Positions 52,751 through 64,000 of a DNA stretch of 64,000 nucleotides are shown here, in pieces (the first letter of the stretch is position 1; every line of letters begins with the position of its first letter). The position numbers were made by a program, and so were the translations under genes. The DNA comes from Takakia lepidozioides (Eukaryota; Plantae; Bryophyta). A model generated the notes under the pieces. The model ran no database searches. It was not told the DNA's origin and saw only the letters and a program-made list of their open reading frames with translations. The stretch lies in the NCBI GenBank assembly GCA_030704615.1, contig CM060732.1, positions 47,926,001 to 47,990,000 on the forward strand, in the 5' to 3' direction.

Positions 52751-53520
52751 AGGGCAAGGACTACGCTTACCCAATGAGTTTAAGGCAAGCGTGTGAGGTG
52801 GTGGGGCCCGCTGGCCTGAGCTCAGGGAGGCTCCGGCAGACTACCTGTCAAATGTCTTCCCCCATTGTGAAGGTGGGGAGCGCTCCACTGCTCCCTCCTC
52901 ACGCTCCCCACCTTTAGGACCATGTTCCTCAACATTCTCCAATTTTGCTCCCCTGTTCCCTGGATCCTTCCTCCCTATAGTGGACAAGGGAGCGGGGACC
53001 ACGAACAGGGGAGAGAGCCGCATTCCACAGGGCGAGTAGGGGAGCGGGGTCAGGAACCGGGAGCGAGGAGCGGAGCGAGGAGCGGAGCGAGATTAGGAAC
53101 AGGGGAGCGAGGTCGAGAACCGGGGGCGAGGAGGGGAGCGAGGTCAAGAACCGGGGACGAGGAGGGTAGCGAGGACCGGGAACAGGGGAGCGAACCGCAT
53201 TCCATAAGGCGAGGAGGGGAGCAGGGACCAAGAAAAGAGGAGCGAGGACAAGGGATAGGAAGAAATCTCGTCGTGAGAACCCCTACTCCTCCAAATCATG
53301 CTTTGGAGACGGCCGCGCCAGTTCATCCACCTGAATAGCCATTGTCCTCATGCGCGGCGATGTATGTCTCCTGCCCCATCATGCTAAACCCCATCATGCC
53401 ATCCGAAATATATAATACCCAAACTCATTCTCAAGATGAGATTTGGATCATACCGAATATGTACCCTGTTTCTCTACTCCCAAGCGATGGTGAGGGGAAA
53501 TACCTCTTTCGTGCATGATG

Positions 53521-56500
53521 TAGGGAATTCCAAATAGGCCTTGATGTGAAATGCAGCGCAATTCACTTGATCAGATGCCAATTCAATTGAACTAACCCTA
53601 ATTTGCAATTCAATTGAATGTAATCTATAATTTTTAACGCAGTTTTGTATATAATATATTATCATGTGTATGTATGTGTATATGTATCATATACACATAT
53701 ACATACGAGAGTATAAGATGAATATACATGCTGGCCCGTCTATTCCTGCTGCCCGTCCATCCTTTGCTTGTGGTAAGGCAGTAAGGCCTAAGTCACGACA
53801 TGAGTCGCGTACCCTAAAGGAGAGATATATACTACACATATATACTAGTAGAGGTATCGTCATTAGGTTGTAGCCCTGTTTGATATATCTACAGAGGTAT
53901 AGTATTTCATTTTACAAGAAAAGTTGGCCAAATTAATCTATATTTATGCGGAGGTATCGTCATGAGACAGTAGCCCTGTTTAGTATACCACCAGAGGTAT
54001 AGCGCATGACTTACAAAGAAACCTGGTCAAATCAGCCTATATGCAGGTTGAGGTATCGTTATGAGGTAGTTGCCATGTTTAGTATACCTACAGAGGGATT
54101 GGCAACGTACGCATTCTTATCTCTGTTTTTATCCCAGTCCTCGCTTGTTAGATTCTACAGCTGTTCATCGTGTAGCACTTGGCTACATGATGTCTATTGT
54201 TTCTGGTTTACTCAATAAGAAGAGTGGGATAGAAATGTCAAGTGAGTTTTTCATGGTACGTGTCATGGTTGGGTGGACAGGAAGAGGCCAAGGAAGAGGC
54301 AGCAGCAGAGCTGACACATTTGGTAAGGCAACCGTGTCCATCCTGAGTATGAATGATGCTGCACCCTCGGAAATACAAGATGCTTCAAGTAAGTTCAAAG
54401 AGCTTTCTTCTCTTTCTGGTGTGCTGGATATGTATGCAGAGGACAACTAATATCACCTTAGGTGCCAAGGCAGAAACAAACAACCAAACCCTATTTCATT
54501 TCATTTCTCTCTCTCTCTCTCTCTCGTGTTTCTCCCTGTCCTCTAGGAAGCCTATTGACATTGGGTGGACTTGAAACGGGAGTACATTAATGTCTCTGTC
54601 ACTAAATGCCGGCCTTCTGACCTCGTGTCCTTGTTTGTTTCGACCTTAAGCGTTTTGCTTCAGGTAAGGTAGTGCATTGGATTTAGTTGGAAAGCTTGGG
54701 GCCTTTCCCTCTTTAGAATATGCCTACACGGGCCATTCCCTGCAACTCCCTGGAGTGTGATCTCTGAATGGTAACAAGCGGACTCCTACCGCTTGGGGGC
54801 AGCTCCTCCGCCCAAATTGGGCAGTCGTATGCTCTGTCTAGCATACTTGGCACTTGGGCTCGGGTTGGTTCCTGTGCTTAAACTTATGGCCTGCGAAAAC
54901 AATCAAAAATTTAGCTCCTATCACCATCAACACTCCTCAGGGTGATCCCTCACAAGTGGTTACTTATGCCAAATCTAGGGCTTCATGTGTAGTTTTTGGG
55001 GTGAATCCCAGGATGGACGATGTGTCCTTTAAAACTACATGCTCTACCTTAGGCTTGGATTTCATGGTTAATGGTACCATCTCAAGACTTGATAACAGGG
55101 GTACGTTGAAGGTTGCAATGACCAAAAGTGCTTCTAATAGAGTCCCACATCAATTCAATCTCAAAGAAGTTCGTTCGTGATTTCTTGTTTGACAATTGTG
55201 AAATTATCAACAAGGGTTTGAGGTACAAGCATAGTATCTAGCTAAAACTGAATTTGAAGGGCGGCATGAGTACTCTGCTGGACCTCTTTGTCCGTTGTGT
55301 TTACATGCCCACAGAGGGGACCCTGTGTGCAAACACTTATAATGAAGAAGGGACAAACAATGATGGAGGAGATGAGGGAGAGGAGGAAGAAACAGATGAC
55401 GACGATGCAGATGAGGAGGAGGAGGAGGAGGAGCATGATGATGATGAAGAGGAAGGAATGTAGAACAAATCGAATCAGGGCCTCTTTTTTGGCTACCTTC
55501 ACCTTGTAAGTATGGAGAAAATTCTGAGACTTGTTTGTGTGTTTCTTCTTACTCTCTTTTTGACATTCTAGTTGCCTAAGAAAAGTGCCCAAATAATGGT
55601 ACAAAGATATGGACTACACTACTCCATTGTAGGGAGGCTATGTCGCTATTGTCCTACCAAGAGGAATGTGGTTTGCAGGCTGTGTAGGCGCCGGGTGGTT
55701 TTCCTAGCCTCAAGTATAGCTCCCAGGAACCTTTGCTAAATGGGTGCATACAACATAAAAGTTGTAGGCCGAGGCTATGTACATATTTTGAGGCTGTGGA
55801 TACAGTGACTGCTTTAGGATTAAGCATGTAAATGGGTACATTGGGAGTCCAATTCACTTACTCTTTGGCCATGTTGCTGATCTGGTGCTTGTGCATTTGT
55901 AGGATTTTAAGCAAAAGTATCCAGACGTGATTGTGCCAAACCCACTAGAAGCCATTCAACAGCTACGAAACAGGCAGTCGATGCTTCAGGATGTGGCCGA
56001 TCTAGACCTTTGTGACTATGTGGTTGGTTTTAGGCCAGTACACAGTGCCTTCAACCAGCTCTTATATCTATTTGACCTGGAGTTTCGGTTTAGGGGCATC
56101 AATTTAATCAATTTTACTCACACTGAGAACCAAATTTTGAGTAACCAGTCATATTGCAGACTTAAGTTAATTTAAATCTCAGTGATTGAGTGAGTGAGTC
56201 CACGGCAATGCCTGGATACATGAGAAGTTGACCTGCATTTTGTTGTTTTCCATTTCTTGCAACTTTTGGAATTTGAATATGGTCCTGGACGACCATCCGA
56301 TCTGCTTCCTTCTTTTCATAGCCAAGGTTTTCATTTTGCTCGTGTTGTTTGCAATCTGAGTATCCCGCAACAAAGAGGAAGATTTAAAGAACTTAGTTGA
56401 TGAATTATGTTCTGCATGATTCCCACATCTGAGGAACAACGGAATCACCAGTCATGAAGCAGGTTAGAGGTCTGCTACAAGTGGTCACTTGCGTATGGGC

Positions 56501-58480
56501 TAATATGGACTTGGTAGTGATCTTCATGTGCAGACCGTTGTCCATGTGCTTTTCAATCAATCTGCGGTTCCAGTACAAAAGAATGTAGAGGTATTGACCA
56601 CAAAAGGAAGCAATATAACTTGGCATAGGGGCTGATATGGACTTGACATTGATCTTCCATGTGCACACCTCTCTCCATGTGATGCTCATCCACCACTCTA
56701 CCCACTGCCTGCGTATCGCTGGTTTGACTAAGTGACTGGTCACTAGATCACCAGTCACACCTTCATAGGAGTGGGCATGTGGCTTGCAAGTGTTGGGCTG
56801 CCAATAACAAACCCACTACAACGTTGCACTACAACCATAATCTCATCACTATTGTAGAACTTAGCATTCATGCTCTCGATTCCCACTCCAGCCTTTCAAA
56901 TTCCTCAACTTCCATTCAGCATCCCATGAACCCCACATGCAGCCCGAGTGTTATTACAAGCACGTTATGTGCTTTGGTAAATACTGTTGTTGGAATGAGG
57001 CAAAGCCCTCAAACCTTGGCCAAATGTTTATGCAAACCTCCTTAAACTGCTTGTGAGGTAAATGGGTTTGATGTGCATGCCAGGGCTAGCTCCATCTCAT
57101 TTTTTGGGGGACCCTTTGGGAGACAGATGGCTTACTCAGAAGTGCTTCAGCTTCCTCTGATTCACTGGCAAAAGATATATGGCTACCTCTGAAAGAAACA
57201 AACAATTTCAAACCTCACAATTGATGAATGGCTTCCCCTGCATCATCATGTACTCCCCTGGCACTAGTATCTGGCCCCCATGACACAACCCCAGAGAAAA
57301 CAAAAGACATGTTCATTTCGAGAATTATCTCCAATAATCTTGTTTCGATACCCTTGCAAAGGTATCATGTTGCAATTGGGCTGTGTGTTCGATAGAGAGT
57401 TTAATATATCAACTCTTAGACGTTGATACTCTTACAGTGGTATCATGTTTGGTATATGTACATAGCCATATATTGGCACTATAAGGGCTTGGCAGTATGA
57501 AATTGGTTAGTGTCTCAAGGTGCAGATGAAACATGCTAACATATTTAGATTGTAAGCAACACCCACCAGTCAAAATCATCCTCAGAAGAGATTGATACAC
57601 AAAAATTTCTCAGGGTCGTTGGTGCGCAGGCTATCCTAAAATGTATTAGCAAACCACAGTACACAGTGTGGGCAGGTTGAAGACAAACCATGTGATCAAG
57701 CTCTTTCTTTCAGTGTATGTGTTGAGGAGCGTTTGGTAACCCACTCTACTACCCCTAAAGTTCTCTCCTCAAAACTCATGAGTCACCTGCACGTACACAA
57801 GAACTACAGCTTTAGCTAAAATGATATCTTTATCAATGATTGGGGAAACTCATGCCAATATGGGAATGTGCTTACTCATGGGCAGATCTTGTCATTTGGT
57901 GATCCAAGAAGGCTTCCATCATACATAGCGCCACCACCGCTCCACCACCGCTCAACCCTAAACTTGTTGTTGCATTCTTCTCTCGTTACTTCTCGTCCTC
58001 CAACTGATTTGATCCTTTCACTTTTAGGGCACCTCTGCCCTAAAAACCCTTCATCACTTCATTTCTCTCTCCCTTTCCCCTCTCGCTCTCTCTCTAGTAT
58101 ATATCTCTCCTTTAGGGTACGCGACTCATGTCGTGACTTAGGCCTTACCACAAGCAAAGGATGGACGGGCAGCAGGAATAGACGGGCCAGCATGTATATT
58201 CATCTTATACTCTCGTATGTATATGTGTATACGATACATATACATATACATACACATGATAATATATTATATATATTATATACAAAACTGCGTTAAAAAT
58301 TATAGATTACAATTCAATTGAATTGCGAAGTGGCAATTCAATTGAATTGCCAGTTGGCAATTCGATTGAATTGCAAATTAGTGTTAGTTCAATTGAATTG
58401 GCATCGCAATTCAATTGAATTGGCATCTGATCAAGTGAATTGCGCTGCATTTCACATCAAGGCCTATTTGGAATTCCCTA
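53521..58480. mobile_element. 4.96-kb non-autonomous TIR element with ~310-385-bp TIRs and captured gene sequence (Pack-type)
   Basis: 53521-53833 is the reverse complement of ~58095-58480 (tagggaattcc...ggaattcccta); 7-bp direct repeat catgatg at 53514-53520 and 58481-58487; no transposase inside. Confidence 0.85.
55903..56020 (+). pseudogene. Captured exon resembling plant inositol-tetrakisphosphate 1-kinase (ITPK)
   Basis: After the ttgtag acceptor: DFKQKYPDVIVPNPLEAIQQLRNRQSMLQDVADLDLCDY, matching the plant ITPK AIQ.L.NRQSMLQ.VADL segment. Confidence 0.75.
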
Positions 58481-59159
58481 CATGATGACCCTGCAAATCG
58501 TCACGTCTACATTGCCATGCGCCTCGTACACAGAGCCATGATTTCCATCCTCTAAAATATCCAGGCAACAAATCTTGGTGTGAAGATATGATCAAGTGGC
58601 GATACTATCAAGATCAGATAGATGCCACATGGGAAAAAGAAAAAGAGTATTCAAAACTATATATTCATTCGTTTTCTATCATTGAGGAGTGATTTCTAGT
58701 AGAGGTATCATATTAGATACCTAACCTCTATTTAGAAGAATGTTGAACATAAAATTCAAATGCGGTAGAAAATTGTTGAGTGAGCAATTGCAAACTTGTC
58801 GGTGTAGGTTGAGGTATTTAACAACTGCAGCCGGACGACCGAAGAGGTGCTAAAGCGATGTCTTCGGTACTGAAGAGATGGTCTCAAAAGATGACGATGG
58901 ATTTATATAAAGAATTTGAGAAGTGACGATAGGAGATAACCTAAATTGGATTGGTTGTGAATGTATATAATAATGCTCACAAGCTTGACGATGCATGGTG
59001 CAGCAGTTGCAGGATGGTCCGGGGATCTATACCTAGAACTTTGTATCAAATTGCAGTTCCAATAGTGTATAGAGGTTGACGTAATAAAACTATACACGTG
59101 GCTTTTAATATGTCGATAAAGTTCCAATTTTTTTTTAGCTTCATAACCTTGAACTGCAA

Positions 59160-59400
59160 TTTGGACCCACAACCATTTCCGAGGGTGGTGTGTGCCCATC
59201 ATCACTGGACTACAATTTGGTTGTCATGGGTCAATAATAATAATATGTGACGCCTCTTGAAGAGAGCGTAAATTATGGCCTCTTGACCTCGAAGAGCTAC
59301 TTGGATAGGAAAGTGGACAGCTTTATGACACTAATTGGTGGATTGAACCCACAACCACTTCCGAGGTGGTATGTGCCCATTACCACTTGGCTACAACTTG
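59160..59400 (-). mobile_element. Two copies (one partial) of the tRNA-derived SINE-like family
   Basis: Reverse complement reads ttgtagccaagtggtaatgggcacataccacctcggaagtggttgtgggttcaatcc, with an (att)n tail near 59233. Confidence 0.65.
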
Positions 59401-59950
59401 GTTGTCCCAAGTTGTCAGGTCAATGTATTTAATGTGTGGGTTACACAAGGACTTTCGAGTCATTGGAGGAGGATTGGGAAATTGCGTTGCTCCGGGTATA
59501 GTCGCTAGAATGTGTCCACTTGTATTGGGGTGAAGTGATACCATAAGATATTCTAGAGTCTTCCTTCTTCTTCCAATATGACCAAGAAAATGCTTTGAAC
59601 CAATAGGAATATTGTTGCATTTTGAGTTGGTCTTCATTTTGGTCCGTCATATTAAGCGGCCCTCACCATCAGCCTTTCCATATAAGTCGGCCCTCACGTA
59701 AATGGGCCCTCTTTATGCCATTGTTATCAAGGAAAGATAATAGGAATAATGTAAAAACTTAATGCACACGTGCAACCTTTGACAAGATGGTACGCCGGTT
59801 TCCGGCATGTCAAATCTTCCCCACCCTCTCTTGAGAGTGACATGGAACTGAAGGAGTGTCAACTCCAGTCGGGGTTACACTGGGTTACATGACGAGGTGT
59901 GTAACTCCACTTGGGATTACATTGGGTTACACTACGAGATGTATAACTCC

Positions 59951-60288
59951 ATTCGGGTTTACACAGAATGGAGTGTAACTCCACTCGGTGTATCTCACAC
60001 TTGGTCTCGAAATTTGACTAAGTCCAAATTTGGCTGAGTATAAAATGGACTAACCAGAATTACATGAGAAACCGGGGTTACAGAGGGTTACACCACTGGA
60101 GGGTTACATCGACCAGGGCATTCGGGTTTACACAGAATGGAGTGTAACTCCACTCGGTGTAACTCACACTTGGTCTCGAAATTTGACTAAGTCCAAATTT
60201 GACTGAGTATAAAATGGACTAACCAGAGTTACCTGAGAAACCGGGGTTACAGAGGGTTACACCACTGGAGGGTTACATCGACCGGGGT
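59951..60288. repeat. 169-bp tandem duplication in a gggttacac/gtgtaactcc-rich region
   Basis: attcgggtttacacagaatgg at 59951 and 60120. Confidence 0.85.
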
Positions 60289-60494
60289 TACACTACCGGA
60301 GCCTCCCATCAAGAATCGAACTCTGAACCTTGCCGCCTGCAATGCTATCACCTTACCATCACGTTGTACCCACCACAGCTTGCAACCCACTTGGATTCCT
60401 AAGTACTAGGGCTTCACATTGCTCCGCACTACTAGCGACGAATTCTGAGAACTGCGTTCAATTGGTACAAAAAGGGGTGGGTCATCCCATGGTC

Positions 60495-62581
60495 TTACAT
60501 CTCCAAATCTCGTTCAGCCATATTGTTGAACACTCCCTCCGCATCCTCAATGCTCCCACATTTGGCATACATGTCCACGAGGGTATTGTCCAGAATTACA
60601 TCTGGTACAATTCCAGTTTTGGCAATGCAACCATGCACCTCTTTGCCCTTTTCCAAGGCTGCCAGGTTTGCACACGCACTGCAAACGCACACAAACGTGA
60701 TGTGGTCGGGCTTCACCCCTTCCCCCATCATTTGCTCATAGGTCTCCAACGCCTCCATCCCACGCCCCTGTTGTGCATATCCTGCACTCATCGCACTCCA
60801 CGACACCACATTTCGTCCAGCCATACTGTCGAACACTCCCTTTGCATCCTCGATGCACTCACATTTGACATACATGTCTAGCAGGGCAGTGTTCAGGGTG
60901 ACATCTGGTACTAATCCAGCTTTGACGATGTCACCATGGACCTCTTTGCACCTTTCCAGGGCTGCCAAGCTTGCACATGCATTGCAAATGCAAACAAACG
61001 TTATGCGGCACATCAATTGCTCATAGGTCTCCAAAGCCTCCATCCCGCGCCTTGCAGTGCATATCCTGCAATCAGTGCACTCCACGACACCACATCTCGT
61101 TTAGCCATACTGTCGAACACTCCCTTTGCATCCTCGATGCATTCACATTTGACCTACATGTCCAACAGGGCAGTGTTCAGGATGACATCTGGTACTAATC
61201 CAACTTTGACGATGTCACCATGGACCTCTTTGCACCTTTCCAGGGTTGCCAGGCTTGCACATGCATTACAAATGCAAACAAACGTTATGTGGTCGGGCTT
61301 CACCCCTTCCCCCATCATTTGCTCATAGGTCTCCGAAGCCTCCATCCCGCGCCCTTGTTGTGCGTATCCTGCAATCATCGCCCTCCATGACACCACATCT
61401 CGTTCAACCATACGGTTGAAAACTCCATTTGCATCCTCGATGCACTCACATTTGACATACATGTCCAGCAGGGCAGTGTTCAAAATGACATCGGGTACAA
61501 TTCCAAATGCGATGATGTCACCATGGACCACTTTGCACCTTTCTAGAGCTGCCAGGCTTGCACACACATTGCAAATGCAAACAAACGTTATGTGGTCGGG
61601 CTTCACCCCTTCCCCCATCATTTGCTCATAGGTCTCTAAAGCCTCCATCCCGCGCCCTTGCTGTGCATATCCTGCAATCATCGCCCTCCACGACACCACA
61701 TCTCATTCAGCCATACTGTCGAAAACTCCCTTCATACATGTCCACGAGGGTATTATTCAGAATGACACTTGGTATAATGTAGCTCTGACAATGTCGCCAT
61801 GGACCTCTCCGCCCTTTTCCAGAGCTGCCAGACTTGCACACGCATCACAAATGCACACAAACGTGATGTGGTCAGGCTTCAGCCCTTCCCCCATCATTTG
61901 ATCATAGGTCTCCAAGCCTTCATACCACGTCTTTGTTGTGCATACCCTGCGAGCATCGTCTTCCATGACACCAAATCTCATTCAGCCATAGTGTTGAAAA
62001 CTCCCTTCGCTTAAGTCACCCACATTTGGCATACATGTCCACCAGGGTAGTGTTCAGAATGACATCTAGTACAATTCCAGCTTTGACGATGTCACCATGG
62101 ACTTCTTTCCCCTTTTCCAGAGCTCCCAGGCTTGCATACGCATTGCAAACACAAACAAATGTGATGTGGTTGGGCTTCACCCCTTCGCGCAGCATTTGCT
62201 TGTAGGTCTCCAAAGCATTCCTACCACACCCATGCTTGGTAAATCCTGCCAACATTCTCACGTGATCAAAGATCGTTGAGGCATTCTGTTGAACACTTGG
62301 TGAGCATCCATGATGCTCCCGCACTTAATATATATGTTGACAAGGGTGTTGAGTAGAAAAACATTTGGTATGAATCCACTTTGGATAATGTGAGTGTGCA
62401 CCTGTTTTCTAGCTTCCAGACCTTCCATCTTGATGCACTTAAGCAAGAGACAGAGATACGTATCTGAATCTGCTGAAATGCCTCCTTGGTTTGGAGTCTG
62501 TAGAGCCTCTGCCAAGCTACCTGCCGCACAAAGTATCTTCACATGCAGGTTTATTGTAGCTATTGATCCACATCGAATCAT
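60495..62581 (-). pseudogene. PLS-class pentatricopeptide-repeat gene, frameshifted and truncated before any E/DYW domain
   Basis: Repeated VVSWRAMIAGYAQQG / VKPDHITFVCICNACASLA / LLDMYVKC triplets with a 303-bp period (e.g. 61343 and 61646); several frameshifts and stops. Confidence 0.9.
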
Positions 62582-64000
62582 AGGTCATTTGGAGCTTGAA
62601 GTCGGCCCTCTTGAATCTGTCCACCCACACACTATCCCTACTCCTTCAGCTATCTATGCCTCTGCACGAATCATACATACATTCTTCCCTGTTGTCACAT
62701 TGGCAGTATCATGTCAAAGTCACTCCAAACTATCAAAGGTACACTCAACCAGCTAACTTGCAGAATTCAACATGAAAATTTAGGGCCGATTGTGATAAGA
62801 GGGAAAAACAAGGTGAAATATTTTGAAGAAGGTGCCTTCGTTAGCAGTACCTGAATTTATCAATTGTATCACTGCTACTGCGGCTTCCAGTTGACCATCT
62901 ACCCATGCATGTTTCTTGTAGCTATCCTTCCACAGGGAATCATGGGTGATCGGAGCTTGAAATCCAGCCCTCTTGGATGAATCTGGACCCACATCTCAAG
63001 GTCGAATCTGATGAGAGGGCAAAACAGGCTGAAATAGGTCGAAGAAAAAGGTGCCCTCACCACATTGTCCTTGACCTTGTTTCATGACCCATGGAGACCT
63101 GCTAGCAGCTGACACCCCAATTCTAAATTGCATCTGCTTCTCTCTGTAGTCCAACAGGCATTCACCTTTTTGTCTCCATTGTCCCACCATTGACTGGGGT
63201 TTGAAACATGGTCTGCTAAGACCAAGCTGAATCTTTCAAGAACATTGTAAACATCAGGAAGAATAACAAATCATGGTACTAAGAGCCCCCATTTGCAGGA
63301 TGGACAAACTTCTTCACATCGTGCATTAAGAAAAGCCACACCTTGCAATTGCTCCTGCTGTGTACTCATAATCTGAGAACGTCTCCTGCGAATCGCAATC
63401 GGCCTGTGAAACCCCTCCTGCGGTTCAAGAAACGGGCAGTTTGGGCAGTTTCGAAACACTTGGCGCCACGAATTCTATTGGCATTTTTTGGGCGGGCAAT
63501 CCGGACAGATTTAAAGAATTTGACAACGAAACGTGGCGACAATGACGTGCGACGAAAATGTGGCACTTTGGCACCATATTCCTGCTCTACGCTAAACTAG
63601 CTTCCGACCTTCAGTCGTCACTAGAACTAGGGCTTCGCGTTGCTTTGCACTACTAGCGACGAATTCTAAGAACTACGTTCAATTTTTCACAAAAAAAAAA
63701 AAAAAAGGTGGGTCATCCCCATATGTTACATGTAGAGATCCCGGGTTCTGTTTTTTTCTGGAAGAAAAATGGCGGATCTGCATTTCAATGTTCAATTTTC
63801 ACAAGACTTATCAATCAATAACAACATACCCAAATACCCTTACATTCACTATATGTAACCAGGATGATACCACTGGGGAGGATGAGCTGAATTCTAATGG
63901 AAGACCTTTAGATCAAATTTGTCATTCAGTCAAACAATGATTCCATCCATGTCATAGATGGTAGGTTGTAGTCTTGATCTGCATCAATACAAACTAGAGT

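Noticed and set aside
51410-52795. ~36-bp direct repeat (gactacgcttaccc..gcaagcgtg) as an LTR pair
   Set aside because: Too short, with no TG..CA, PBS or PPT to support an element.
52922-53338. 138-aa Gly/Arg/Glu-rich ORF
   Set aside because: Low-complexity ggagcgag repeats with no recognisable domain.
60300-60375. tRNA gene on the minus strand (gagttcgattc B-box-like)
   Set aside because: No convincing cloverleaf; more likely a SINE-like remnant.

Overview
Eukaryotic genomic DNA, most likely from a non-seed land plant (inferred from highly uniform PLS-type PPR repeats, spliceosomal introns and Ty3/Gypsy elements; the species cannot be determined from the sequence). 1-12.3 kb is a decayed large DNA-transposon-like unit: a Mutator-type (MULE) DDE transposase gene on + and, divergently, a long multi-intron gene on - encoding a ParB-like domain fused to a beta-class N4/N6 DNA-methyltransferase-like domain. 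The two genes are separated by arrays of a GGAAAT(C/T)CGGCGCCG(G/A)ATTTCC palindrome, whose core also fills an intron of the ParB-MTase gene. This is the best candidate for an undescribed system. 12.3-30 kb is a nest of LTR retrotransposons, including a Gypsy element with 5' and 3' accessory ORFs and a solo LTR inside its RT. 30-34 kb holds LINE fragments and a PPR remnant. 39.5-46.3 kb holds an intact 13-exon gene for a bacterial-type GlnT/GmaS-like glutamine-synthetase-family enzyme, head-to-head with a secreted GH17 beta-1,3-glucanase. The rest contains a hAT-like MITE, tRNA-derived SINEs, a 5-kb TIR element with a captured ITPK-like exon, and a decayed PLS-PPR gene. All family calls come from motif recognition by eye; no database searches were run.
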